Origin: Callorhinchus milii
Lineage: Eukaryota
Direction of reading: 5' to 3'
Length of the DNA stretch: 64,000 nucleotides
Assembly (NCBI RefSeq): GCF_018977255.1
Contig: NW_024704742.1
Span: 98,892,001-98,956,000, forward strand
Below, one piece after another: positions 1 to 12,905 of the stretch. Position numbers and translations under genes: made by a program. Positions within the stretch are counted from its first letter, which is position 1, and every line of letters starts with the position of its first letter. The notes under the pieces were generated by a model. That model was not told the DNA's origin, did not search any database, and saw nothing but the letters and a program-made list of their open reading frames with translations.

Positions 1-31
1 ACTCTCTGATGAATTTGAGGATGAAGATGAA
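1..31 (-). CDS. TMC2: TMC2-like coding exon 4, partial (SSSSSNSSES...)
   Basis: Acceptor tttcctcttttgcag at 32-33, phase 2, Ser-rich start parallel to TMC1 exon 4. Confidence 0.7.
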
Positions 32-3000
32 CTGCAAAAGAGGAAAACAGTTTCAAAGCAATTTAGAATATTGCCCTGGTGTGAATCTGGTTCACGGCAA
101 CTATTGGCTTCAATGGGGTACAATGTGCGTTGATATCTGAATTTATAATAAGGAAACTGAAGGTACCTTATACTGACTCTGGGAACTCTGCTCTGCCATA
201 TTCTCTTTCTGAGCAAGTACCCTTGGATTCAGAACAGTGTTTAGGTCTAAAAATTTGCATATGATTGATCAAGGAGAATATCTTATTTGTGTGCCTGAAG
301 TAAGATATTATTGTAATCCTTGCTTTGGATATAGTGTCTTTCACAAAACAAGGCTGCCTGAAGGGCTTTAACAGAATGTACAGTAAAGTGAAGTGACTGT
401 ATTTTGTAGGTGAACAGATGCTTGTCTAAAGAACATTTAATAGCATTTTATAAACCATGGATATTGTAAACCATGGATATTATTCATGTTTGTTGTACAA
501 TATTTCATTCACACAAATTTTGTGCACAAATGTTTAGAAGATTTTTCACTTCATGGCTGTTTGTGGGACATTGCTGTGTGCAAAGCGGCTGTTGCATTCA
601 CCTTCAAAATGCACAGTTACTACGCTTTCCAGTAAATTTTGTGAAGCACTTTGGGGCATCCACCTGACATGAAAGGCATGTTATCAAACGCCAAGATTAT
701 TTTAAGACTTTTATAAATAAACATTAAACTATCAGTATGCACCTGGAGTTCCTGCCCTTCTTTTTCTTTTTGTCACCATTTTCTTTCGCGTTTTTGTCCT
801 TCTTGTTCCCTTTTTTATTTGATTGATTTTCCTTTTTATTGTCTTCATCCTTCTGCTTCTGATTAGCGTTGTTTCTGTTGTTCCTATTGTTATTGGCTGG
901 TCGATTCTTTCCTGTCTTCTTACCTTTTGCTTCTGTTTCACTTTCACCATCACTAGTTTTACTGGTCTTTTTATTGTTTTTTGTTCTTGTCTTTGGCTTT
1001 TCAGCCTCTTCTTCACTATCTTCTTCACTCTCTTCATTTTTATTGTTCCTGCCATTCTTTCTTCCCCTGTTCTGGATCTGCGGTTTCCTTCTATTATTCC
1101 TTTGGTTGGGCTTTGCATCTTCTTCTGAATCTTCCTCATCCTCCTCAGATGCTTTAGCTATCTTTCTATTATTTCGTTGATTTCCTTTCTTCCTTTGTGG
1201 TTTTTTACTCTTCTCATCTTCCTCTGCATGGCCAAAAGAAGTTGCATTGTTAGATCTAGCAAATTCCATCAAGAAAGACATTACATGAGTGAAATTTGGG
1301 TTTCAGTGTTATAGGGTATAACCATTTCAATTGACTGAAATGCATGCACCATTTAATCCAAATTGCAATCACTCATAAATTGCAATTTTAACACTGTATT
1401 TACATAATAATAAATAATAATCCTTGTATTTGATATAGCAACTTATCACGTCTTCAAGATGTCTCAAAGCGCTTCACAGAATATACTGTAAAGTGAATTG
1501 ATTATATTTTGTGGGCAAAACACGGCAGTCAATCGTACACAGCAGTGTCCCACAAATAGTCGTGGATTAAAGTGACCAATTTATTATTTTTTTGAAGGAA
1601 TTATTACCCCCGGAAAAGAGATCCACCAATCGACTAACAACCAGGTTCCTACTTATTGTTAGGTAAACAAAGGCATGTGGCATAAGGAAACTTTCCCAAC
1701 ATTTCGCCCTGAAAATAGAACCTAGATGCTCTAATTACTGAGCTACAGAACTCCACATCATGCTTAAACGTAATGGATTTGAATGAACGACTTTCAGTTC
1801 ATTTGTAACTTCTCATGGTTTTAGCCTTCAAAACAATTTTATTAAAATCTGAGACTATGCAGAATTTGGGCAGATTCATTCTTAACAACAACTTGCACTT
1901 ATATAGCGCCCTCTATGCAGGGTAGCGTCTCATAGCGCTTAACAGGAGAAGAGCCTGACTCCGAGCCGGGGTGGGAGGTGACCATAAGTAGGGTCAATAA
2001 AGAAAATTTTCAGGCAGCACTTGAAAAGGGGGAGAGATATTAATTCGGAAACATAACCTGTTAGCAAATTCATCTAAGTTTAAGGCTAAAACCCTGACAA
2101 ATTTCGGACCTCTGAATGATAATTTAATAAATAGTACAAAATAATTTGCATTTTTACAGTACCTTTCGCGTCAGGGGGACATCTCAAAGTGGTTGACAAT
2201 GCTGGTTGGGCACCTGAACTGAGAGTGGAAGCCGAGGGGAGAGAGAGTCGACCGGGTGAGGAGGGAAATGATGATCATTTAACATCCAGCTTTTTATGCT
2301 CCCAGTTCCAATTAATATAGCGCTAGGCCCTAAAGTTTCTAGTTAATTAACTCAGTTTTTTTCGAAATAAACCTGCAGATATTGTTTTGTGTACAATTAA
2401 CATCACATTGAGTAAAAGGCCAGTCGTATACTGCCCTCTGGAGTCAACTTGCATTATAAATAACAGAGCTGGATTGCTAAACTGTAATATAGTTTTATAA
2501 GATGGATGATAATTCTGAATCAGTGGAACGCCATCCTCATCCTTATAGTCATGGCAGTGTATCTGATTAGAGGGCCTGTGGTCCAACTTGCGCTAGGCCA
2601 CAATTCGTGGGATGGGACATCAATCAATCTCCTCCGGGGTTGTGCGGTCGCAGCAGTGAATGAGTTATAATAGTAATAATGATCCTTGCGTTCGATATAG
2701 CGCTTTATCACGTCATTGAGACGTCTTAAAGCGCTTCACAGAATATAGTGTAAAGTGAATTGACTGTATATTTTATGGCACCCAAGTGAACCATGGAGGA
2801 CACGATAACGGTCGAAAGTATTCAGAGCCAAGGTTTGTGAGGATGCAGTTATAGGCATTGGAAGCTTTTTACTTTGGCAGGAATGGGAAGTGGAGAGGGG
2901 ATAAGAGGGAGGAGGCACACTGATGTTTTGTGTAGGGTAAGATTGTCTTGAGTGGCCTCTGCCTGTAAAAAACTCAACAAAATACTTCAGAAAAAAGACC

Positions 3001-4534
3001 TCGGGTGGAATTTTCCCCAAATCTAAGTCATCGAGGGAGAATTCCTTGAGCTTAATTCATACATCATTTTGAACTCAATAATCTCTCAGCTAACTTTTAA
3101 TATTGGCACTTCACTATTTGAATAAAACAATATTTTGATGAAGTTAGACAGATAAACAAACACACACACATACACACAATTATATAACTTTAAGGACAAT
3201 CATAATGTTTATAGTTGACTAGTTTTAAAACAATTACATTTATGAGCTTTGACAATAAACAGCCTGATAATTTTTTAAATAAAAGCAGTAAAATATTACA
3301 AAGAATTACAAAGAGTGTACAGCATGGAAACAGGACACTCAACCTAACTAGTCCATGCTGGTGTTTAAACTACACATGAGTCTTCACCCATTCCTTACTC
3401 CATCTCATTCCCTTCTCTTCCCCTCTCCCTCATGTGAAGGTTTAAGAACTCCGAGACACCATCCGGCATGAAGGGCGCTATATAAATACAAGTTGTTGTT
3501 GTTGTCTAACTTCCTCTTGAAAGCATTTATTCAATCTATTATTATGGTTTGTCTTACCATCCTCTTCCGACTCAGAAATTTCACCAGCATCAATCTGAAT
3601 TCCAACTGCAAATAAGAATTTAGTTTCACAATGAGATGGTTTATTAGAGTTGTTGCTTCTGGTAAAATTAAACTTCACAAAGTACAATTTTATCTTACAC
3701 TTAAGAGTATATTTCCACTGTTTAAAGTTCATGTGAAAACGATACAGTAATAAGATCTAGCTAAGCTTTCAGATCCAAGTAATTTAATTCAAATGAACTT
3801 CAAAAAGAGTGGGGGTTACAGGGGGTGGGGGCAGTGGAGAAGCTGCTACAAAAAATACACTCAGCAAAGCAAACCGCAAAACAAACAAATATCCGGAGCG
3901 GGAAACAATATTTCTGACTCTGTCCATAAATATAGGGAAATATTCTTATTACAAAGATAATCCATTTCAGAATAGGTAAAGAGAAAAAAGTAGAAGTGCA
4001 CTGTCAAATATAATAATTTTCACATGATTTAAGTTTTGGCCCGTATCAATAACTTTTTTAAAATCTAACTGAATGAATAAAACTGCTCTTCATAACTATT
4101 AAATATTTTGCCTTGTAAAATATGACCCTGAGATATCTGAAATACCAGTACAGAGCTAAGCAAAACTATTTTCCTTCTGCAATAGTTCAGTAAGAACCCT
4201 CATTTTCTACAATTATACAAGGATCTCACCCACCCTCTCAGGTGAGGATACCCCAGCGATTTAAATACATGTTTAGTACAGCTTTTGCCCATTGATGTAT
4301 TGAGCAGCACTTTCACAGAAGAAAACAAGGATACTCGACTTGGACGAGCCAAGTGTGCAATTGACATTGTTCAGTGTCAGGTAACTCACTGCGCAGAACA
4401 TCCGCATTTACTTTAGTTATTACTTTAGTCCATACAAAGGAAAGGAAAATATGTGGATCCAAAAAAAAAAGAAATGCAAGTCACTCACTCTCTTCTAAAT
4501 CTTGACGATGTGGGATTTGTTTCTTGGGTGGCAT
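1..4534 (-). CDS. TMC2: Second TMC1/2-family gene (tmc2/tmc2a-like), 5' part, truncated by the window edge
   Basis: Four in-phase exons with the same architecture as TMC1 exons 1-4 (phase 1, 1-1, 1-2, 2): MPPKKQIPHRQDLEE-IGIQIDAGEISESEED-Lys/Glu/Asn-rich-SSSSSSNSSES. Resembles my recollection of the zebrafish Tmc2a N-terminus (MPKK...VGIEIDG...SSSSDS). The TMC domain is outside the window, so the symbol is inferred. Confidence 0.7.
743..1223 (-). CDS. TMC2: TMC2-like coding exon 3, Lys/Glu/Asn/Arg-rich low-complexity region
   Basis: In ORF 724..1281; acceptor ttcttttggccatgcag, donor AG|gtgcat, 481 nt, phase 1-2. Confidence 0.78.
1405..1755 (-). mobile_element. Older SINE copy
   Basis: Diverged head, body and tail of the same family. 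Confidence 0.75.
3558..3605 (-). CDS. TMC2: TMC2-like coding exon 2 (IGIQIDAGEISESEED)
   Basis: 48 nt, tttgcag/gtaaga, phase 1-1. Confidence 0.78.
4489..4534 (-). CDS. TMC2: TMC2-like coding exon 1 (MPPKKQIPHRQDLEE)
   Basis: gaccATG context, in-frame upstream stop at 4625-4627, donor A|gtgagt; a candidate acceptor at 4758-4759 would make 4535..4757 5'UTR. Confidence 0.72.
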
Positions 4535-4996
4535 GGTCACTTTGGTCAGCAGAAGCCAGGCAGTCTTCTTGTTGTTGCTGTTGATGGGGTCTGAGCTCAG
4601 GAAAAGCCCCAACAGAGCTGCTAACTAGTGGGACATGGTCTTCTGCTGGTTTCCCTGCTCCTCTCCAGCCACAGTGCAAGGCTCTCCCCAAGCTTCTCTC
4701 TCTCTCTTGCTGGCTCCAGCTGTTTGCTGCCTTCTCCAGCTGTGCAGCCAGGGGTCTCTGCGCCAAGGAGAGACAACATATTTATGTCATGGTTGTGAAG
4801 AGCAGTTTCACTCGTTCATTTAGCTTTAAAAGCAATATTGATACTGGGGGAAAAAATGAAATACTGTCATGTGAAAATGATTATATTTGTTAATGCACTT
4901 CTACTTTTTTTCTCTTTACCTATTGGATCTTTCACTTTTGCACAAGACTCAGAAATATTAGGCACAAGATTCATAAATAAGCATTATCAAATGCAA

Positions 4997-7355
4997 CAAC
5001 AACAACAACAACAAGATTCCATTTATAGAGCGCCTTTCACGTCAGGAGGACGTCCCAAGGCGCTGCACAGTTGGGTCATGACCCGAGCAGGGGGGAAATG
5101 GTCAGGGTGAGGGGAGGGAAGGGAGGGAGAGAGGAGGGGGAAATGGTCAGGGTGAGGGGAGGGAAGGGAGGGAGCGAGGAGGAGGAAGAGAGTCGAGAGG
5201 GGAGCTGAAGGCTCGGTCAAAGAGAAAGGTTTTGAGACCGGCCTTGAAGGAGGAAAGGGAGGAAGCAAGGCGAAGGCACTGGGGGATGGAGTTCCAGAGC
5301 CTCGGGGCTGAGAGGCTGAAGGCCCGACCACCGATAGTAGGGCGGTTGGGGCGGGGGACGTGGAGCAGACCGGAGCCAGAGGAACGGAGGGTACGGGCAG
5401 GTAGGTAGGGGGATAGTAGGTTGGAGAGGTAGGAGGGAGCAAGGCCGTGAATGGCCTTGTAGGTGAGGATGAGGATCTTGAAATCAATCCTCTGGGGGAT
5501 GGGGAGCCAGTGGAGGCGAGCGAGGGTAGGAGTGATGTGGTCCCGAAGCCTGGTGCGGGACAGTACACGAGCTGCAGAGTTCTGAATGACCTGCAGCTTG
5601 TGGAGGGAGGTGGCGGGAAGGCCGGCGAGGAGAGAGTTCCCATAGTCCAGCCTTGAGGTGACAAAGGCGTGAACCAGGGTTTCAGCAGCGTGAGGGGTGA
5701 GGTAGTGCCGTAATCTGGCGATATTCCGGAGGTGATGGAAGGCGGTGCCAGTTGTGGTGCGGATGTGAGGGAGAAAGGACAGCTCAGGGTCGAACAAAAC
5801 GCCGAGGTTCCTGACTGGCTTTGAGAGGTGGAGAGTGCAGCCTTGGATGCTGATGGTGTCAGCGCCTGAGGTGCGGAGGCGCTGACGTGAGCCAATCAGG
5901 AGGGCCTCGGTTTTTCGCACGTTGAGCTGAAGAAAGTTGTCTCTCGTCCAGGACTCGATGTCGGACAGGCAGGCTGTCAGGACATCGGTGGTCGTGGAGT
6001 TGAGAGTAGAGGAGGAAAGGTAGAGTTGGGTGTCATCCGCATACATGTGGAAGTTAACCCCATGTTTGCGGATGATGTCACCGAGGGGGAGCATATAGAG
6101 GGTGAAGAGGAGGGGACCGAGGACAGAGCCCTGAGGGACACCACATGAGACAGTACGGGGGGTGGAGGAGAAGCCATTCGTTGAGACGAAGTGAAGACGG
6201 TGGGAAAGGTAAGAGCTAAACCATTCAAGGACAGTGCCTTGAAGGTTGAGGTGGGAGGACAAGCGGTGGAGTAGGATAGCGTGGTCGACCGTATCGAATG
6301 CTGCCGATAGGTCGAGGAGGACGAGGAGACAGAGGGAGCCCTGGTCACAGATAGTCAGGATATCATTGGTGACCTTGACCAGGGCAGTTTCTGTGCTATG
6401 AGCAGCACGGAAACCTGACTGAAGGGGTTCAAAAAGAGAATGGGTGGAGAGGAAAGAGCGCAGTTGGGAGGCGACAACTCTTTCCAAGACCTTGGAGAGA
6501 AAGGGGAGGTTGGAGATGGGCCGGTAGCTTGATAGCTGCGACGCATCAAGGGAGGGTTTTTTCAGGGTGGGCGTGATGATGGCAGTTTTTAATGGAATGG
6601 GGACAGAGCCAGAGGAGAGGGACAGGTTTATGATGTCAGTGATGTGTGGGGCAAGAAAATGGAGCTGGGAGATAAGGAGTGGAGTGGGGATGGGGTCAAG
6701 GGAGCAGGTGGTTGGTTTTAGGGATAGGATGAGTTCAGTGACAGAGGGTGGGGAAACGGGTACGAAGGTGTGTAGGGGAGGATGGGTAGGAGTCGGAGTG
6801 TGGGAGGGAAGGGGTGGGTGGTGGGTGGAAGTTGGAGGGGAAGTGACCGCGGAGCGGATTCCCTTGATCTTGGATTCAAGGAAATCCAGCATCTCCTCGC
6901 AGTGAAGGTTGGAGGAGATGACCTGCGCGGGGTGGCGGGGGGGACGGAGGAGTCGGGATGTGGTGGAAAACAGTAGCCTGGGGTTGTTCTTCGCCTCCAG
7001 GATTATCCTGGAGTAGAAGGACGACTTGGCCGAGGCTAGAGTGGAGCGGTAAATTTTGAGGAGGTCCAGCCAGATTTGTCGGTGGACCGTTAAGCCGGAT
7101 TTGACAAAGGTGCGCTCAGCAGCCCGCACCTGGCATTTCAGTGAGCGGAGGTGGGTGGTGTACCAGGGGGAGGAGCGGGAGTAGGAGACAGTGCGGGAAG
7201 TGATGGGGGCAAGAGTATCGAGTGTGGAGGAGAGGATGTTGTGGAGGAGGGAGAGAGGAGAAGAGGGGTCGGTGAGGGTTGAAGGCCAGAGGGAGAGGAG
7301 TTCTGAGGACTCCAAGGCATCGGTTAGGGATTGTGGGGGTAACTTCTTCCAAGGG
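4997..7355 (-). mobile_element. L2/CR1-group LINE, 5'-truncated, uninterrupted ORF2 reverse-transcriptase frame, (TTG)n tail
   Basis: ORF 5147..7471 contains [38 protein letters not shown] and LHWLP; flanked by a CAAATGCAA direct repeat at 4988-4996 and 7356-7364. Confidence 0.95.
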
Positions 7356-8819
7356 CAAATGCAAGGATTATTATAAATAGATTCCTTGTGTCTGATGCAC
7401 TCCACTACCTCCCATCTTACAATTTGTGTTCTGTGCTTGATAACTTTCAAGTTTTGTTTGCATTTTATCATGCTTTTTTTTTCCAGGGGTGGAGGAAGGA
7501 GAAAATAATAATTTGTTAAACCTGCATGATATTTTGAGGGATAACAAAGGTCTAATACTTAGTTCATGTGGTTGCAATCAAATGCTGTGGGGGGGAAATG
7601 AAGCATTTCCTATTATCATAGTCTGGGCTGCAATGAAATGCCACAAACTGGAGTATCAGCCTCATCTCTGAGCTCATGTTCCAAGGTTTCTGCCCACAAC
7701 TTTCTGATCCAGAGACGAGAATGCTACCAATTGAGCAAGGTTGACACCACCACTAACTCTCTCATTTGGATTGTTTATGATGCAATGGTGCTTGCTAAGG
7801 TTTTACTAGATTCCTTTTTACCAGCTGTTTGTTTTGATTCTGTGGAATAGGAATTTCTCATGTGTGAAAGCTGTATATTTTCTGCATTCATTTACTCCAA
7901 CCACTGAACTGGCAAACGACTCTCAAGGTACCAATTGTCAGAAGAGCTTCAATGGGTTGTTCTTGTATTGGAATGGTGTGAGTCAGTGTGTGGCTTGAAA
8001 GTACATTTGCTGCAAAAAGCACAGGATAAATTGTGTTAGAGCAGTAACTGCATTGATTAGACTGTTAATTGTAATACCATACAGTAATCCACATTGGTTT
8101 ATAGCAATCTCCCTGATGAGCGCTCCAGAACTAAATGTAATGTGTAATGTTAGATGCCTCCGCCACTTTCATCTGTCTGTCTTTCAGGATTATGCTATTC
8201 ACACACCGCAAATTTAAGTAAGATGTTAACTCTGTAACAAGCAGCATTGTACAGTGGCACGATGAAGCAATCAATCATTTTAAAATTTAATTAGGCTTTA
8301 AATTTCCTATTGTCTGATTTTTGTAAGGCTTTATTTCTTGAACATAGCTTCTTGGAACAAACTCAAGAAGGCTTTCATAATAATAAAAATAATCCTTACT
8401 TCGATATTGTGCCTTTCATGTCAGGAGGATGTCTCAAAGGACGTCATGGAATTTACTGTAAAGTGGAGTGACTGTGTACTTTGTAGGTGAACTATAATGG
8501 TATTTATGAAATAGGAAATATTGTATGAGAAATAGAAAAATACTTTCAAACTATGAATGGCTAAAATGGTGTTGGAGGAATTGAGAAAAAAAATTTCAAA
8601 GGAACTGATGTAAAGTTCTAAAAGAAAAGTTAATTTCCTGACCCCCGCCCTATAAAAAATGTCAGTGGTACATGTAATGAATGTCAGGGTGGGAGCAGAA
8701 TTCTGATCAATCTGAAAATTGATTTCAAATTTGCGATCACCTCCCCACCCCAACTGGCTCAGAGACAGGCTCCACCACTGTTAAGTCCTCTGAGATGCTT
8801 CTCTGCATGGTGGACACTA

Positions 8820-9095
8820 TATAATAATAATCCTTGCATTTGATATAGCGCTTTTCATGTCTTCTAGACGTCTCAAAACGCTTCACAGAATAAACTGTAA
8901 AGTGAATTGACTGTATATTTGTGGGCGAACGCGGCAGCCAATTGCGCACAGCAATGTCCCACAAACAGTCGTAGATTGAAAATTACCAATTTTATTATTG
9001 TTTTTTGTTTTGGAGGGATTATTATTAGGCGTGTGGAGTAAGGAAACTTGCCCAAGGCTTCGCCCTGCCTGGAAATGAACTCAGGTCTCTCGCTT
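8820..9095 (-). mobile_element. SINE (same family), near full length
   Basis: Reverse complement of the 27745 copy. Confidence 0.88.
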
Positions 9096-9659
9096 ATGTG
9101 TGCAAGTTGTTGATGTTGTTCCATTATAAGTGCCCTTAATGAAGTCCTAATAATAATTCTTGCTTTTCATATATTGCCTTATCACTTCGAAACATCTCAA
9201 TGTGCTTGAGTAATTACTGTTAAGAGTAGCAGTATATTTGTAGTGAACGCAGGGGTCTAATGAAAGTCAGGGTGGAAGTGACAATTAATAATAATAATAA
9301 TAATACTGTTATGTCCCAACATACAAATAGCCAGAAGGTGAATGACAACTAATTTAACTGGAGCATCATTGGCCAGGACACCAGGAAACACTCCCTTCTT
9401 TTTTTCCAATTGGTATGAGATCATGTGCTATCTACCAAGTGGTCATTTCACTTTACAATATATCCTGTGAAGCACTTTGAGACGTCTTGAAGACGTGATG
9501 AGGCGCTATATCAAATGTAAGGATTATTATTATATAATATTGTCTAGCTTCGTTGCAATTGTATAAATTAGTATTTACTTCACCAGCTTTATTAATTTAA
9601 ACACACAATAGTCTTATGTAACAGTATGTATATTTATTTATTTGTTTGTTTATTTGTGT

Positions 9660-9698
9660 AGTTAGTTAGTTAGTTAGTTAGCTAGCTAGCTAGCTAGC

Positions 9699-9755
<57 letters not shown>

Positions 9756-9791
9756 CGTTAGTTCGTTAGTTCGTTAGTTCGTTAGTTAGTT
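9660..9791. repeat. Compound microsatellite (TAGT)n/(TAGC)n/(GTTAGTTC)n
   Basis: Seen directly. Confidence 0.95.
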
Positions 9792-11160
9792 ACAGTCATG
9801 ACTGCCTCTTTGGCTTTCATTGTTATCTGTGACGAAATTCAGGGCTTTCTGAAAGCAATGTTTCTGCAAATAAGAAAAATTCAATCTAGAGAATTGTGAA
9901 CGGAAAACATTCCAAGTAATAGAATCCAAAACATGGAGATTTCCTAATGGGATTCTTTAATAAAGATTCCAAGATGCAATTGGAAATTGGAAATAATTCT
10001 GTTAAGTAAGCACTTTGAGACTCTAACCCATGTGAAAATGGCACTATATAAATGCAAGTAGTTGTTGTTGTAATTCACTCAGGCCCACAATAACTGCTCT
10101 GGAAGTAAATTAAGTTGCATACTTGTGAAGAAAGAAATATAGGGGTGCAGGAGAGGAGATTACGAGGGTTTATACGGAGTAAAGCACCAGTGTGGACTAG
10201 TTAGGCCAAGCAGCTTGTTTCCTTGCTGTAGTGTTTATATAATTCTATGTTGGATCAGAGTTCTACAGGTCAGCATGACATACTTCCAGTGAACGTCCAA
10301 TTATTGGAAAGAGTCCCTGTTTGTGACTTGAATCCTTATGAAGAAATTCTGTTATAATATTGTTAGATTTTAAACCCCACTACATACTGAAACCCCAGTG
10401 TACTTTGCCAGTGCACTGTGTTATCTGTGCTCTTTCAAGCTCATAAAATAATAAGACATGTCTCAAATACAAGTCTGCATCTGTTTGTGGCTCACTGCAC
10501 TGGGAAACTGTTGTAAGCATTGTTAGCAACAATAGTACTGTGTCTAGCACCATGGGCAACAGTGCAAATTGATATGAAACATTAGCTTTTTAATTTTAAC
10601 AGCCAATAGTTTTAAGGTGTTGCAGCGACAACTGAGTAACAATTTATTTATGTGTGGCTTCCAATGACAGGACAATAAATATTGAATGAAGAACAGCTAT
10701 CAATTTTGCAGAGATCATGCAACATTTACATAATGACCTTAATGAAGCAGATGCTTTCTTTATGCAGGTTATTTTCTGTCAATAGGTCATACTGCACATT
10801 AGTGCTTTACAGCTTCATTACAGAGAATTTAAGACTTATTGGATTACAAAGGTTCTCATGATCACTTATAAACTATAAAGTCTTAAACAACCCTGTTGTG
10901 TACAGTGCTCTATTCAGAAACTGTTTTAAGGTTTCATAAATTCCTTCGGTATCTTTTTTTTTGTATACTTGTACAATTGAGATCATCCACATGTGTAGGT
11001 GAAGGTAATCAAAATGAACCATATCTCAGAAGTTCTTCTTGGGCTATATGTATATAAAGAATTCTTGAAAAGAACACTTTAGTTCTATTGACAAAAGAGT
11101 GTTGCATTTAGCTTTATAATAATTTGATATATTGTATTTGATATAGTCGGGAGAACCCCC

Positions 11161-11898
11161 AAAGTGCTTCACAGGATTTACTGTAAAATTTAGTGACTGT
11201 ATTTTGTAGGCGAAAGCAACAGCCAATTTGAGAACATCATACTTATGAAACAATTTTTTTTCTCTGCAGTAAAACATTTTCAGAATACAAGAGGATGTGG
11301 GATTGCCCCATTTTGTCTGCTAACACACTGTGAGAGTCTTAGTCTGGGAAACTCTAATCTCCTCGGATGACCGAAAGGATAGGAAAGGTTACACCAAACA
11401 TCTATGAGCATCAAATTAAAAATTAATTTGTGCCTGTTTGCACGCCCATCACTGGGGAATGCTGTCTCAAGGGACTTGTGAACTAAGATGTAGGAATTAA
11501 AACATAAGAAACTAAAGGGAGCAGTATAAAAAAGAACATGCGTTTTTCAGTGCTTCATTGCAAAAAAAATCTCGGAGCAAGTCCTGCCAAGTGTGGTGCA
11601 TATTCACAAGCAAACATGGCAACTTCGTTTTTAGAGCATGTTTACGTAATTTGAGCATTGAACATTGCATTGTTCGTCAAACCAAAGAAAGGCTCGGTAT
11701 TAGAGTTTCCAGACTCAGACTCTCACGGTGTGTTACCAGACAAAATGGGGTAATCCCACATTTTCTTGTTTTGTAAAAATGTTTAACTGCATAGAAAAAA
11801 AAGTTGTTTCATTGGTATGCTGTTGTCAAGTTGGCTGTTGTGATCCTCTACAAAATACACAGTCACTTCACTTTACATTAAATCCTGTGAAGCACTTT
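11161..11898. repeat. Inverted duplication, ~200-bp arms (11161-11358 / 11699-11898)
   Basis: Arms are reverse complements across both the SINE-derived and adjoining non-SINE sequence. Confidence 0.9.
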
Positions 11899-12524
11899 AA
11901 CATTCTGACAAATAAGGTTTAAAGATTCCTTTGATCTCTTGTGAGAGAAGGGAGTTTCTCCTAGTTTCCTGCTCAATACTGAGTACTCTGGACCCACCTG
12001 GCTCAGGAACTGGACTACCGGGCGGTGCGAAACCTTAGGCAAGTTTGTTTACTCCACACATCTCTGTTCATCTAGCAGTAAGTGGGAACCTGGATGTTAG
12101 TCGATTGGTGGCTTGCTTTTCTGGGTTAATAATCCCTTCAAAAGTAATAATAATAATAATTTGGTCACTCAATTAATGACTCTTTGTGGGACACTGCTGT
12201 GACTAATTGGCTACCGAGTTTCACCCACAAAATATACAGGAGCATACTGTTTAATGACTGGTCAGGAGATGGGAACATATTTTCCTCAAACAATGATAAA
12301 GCTTCAAAGTCCAGATGTTTGGTTCCAAGATCCTTGTAAAAGGACAATAGCACCCTCCAGCGACAGCAGGGCATATTTCATCATGTTAAAACAAGTTTTC
12401 AATAGCCTTGCATTTGATATAAATTCCGTTATGTTAAATGTCTCACAGAACTTCACAGGTAATTGTTGCCAATCATACAGACAATCATATTTGTAACGAA
12501 ATATCTTTCTGATTTATAAAAAAA

Positions 12525-12905
12525 AACTTGCATTTATATAGCGGTCCTCATGCAGACTAGAGCCCCAAAGCGCTTGACAGTGGCAGAGCACGACACTGAG
12601 CCAGGAGGAGGCAGGAGGTGACCGTAGGCATGGTCAAAGAGGAAGGTCTTCAGGTGTGATCTGAAAATGGGGAAGTAGGGCACATGGATCAAGCAGGAGG
12701 CCAGAGCCAGTCGAGTGGAGGCAGTAGGAAGTGAGTTGGGAAGTAATAGGGAGGTGCCAGGGCATGAAGGGATTTGAAGATGAGTGTGAGGATCTTGAAA
12801 TTGATCCATTTGGTGATAGGGAGCTAGTGGAACCTGAGTAGAACTGGTGTGATGGGGTACCCAGAGTTTATTGTGGGTGAGAATGTGGGCGGCAGAGTTT
12901 TGGAT
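12525..12905 (-). mobile_element. Degenerate L2 3' fragment
   Basis: IQNSAAHILT remnant and L2 tail. Confidence 0.8.

Noticed and set aside
823..1180. Hydrophobic Phe/Leu-rich + strand ORFs (also 54349..54813) that look like membrane proteins
   Set aside because: Antisense shadows of the A/G-rich Lys/Glu exons on the minus strand
2347..2586. ORF containing DYKDED, similar to a FLAG tag
   Set aside because: Only a partial match, intronic, with no vector context; chance
4485..4766. 93-aa ORF as a coding exon
   Set aside because: Non-ATG start, and its frame does not join exon 2; the MPPKK frame does
5023..7376. Overlapping Pro/Ser- or Gly-rich ORFs
   Set aside because: Alternative frames of the GC-skewed L2 element
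7356..7471. N-terminal part of the 774-aa LINE ORF as a real start
   Set aside because: Lies outside the TSD; it is flanking DNA that happens to be open, and the element lacks its endonuclease domain
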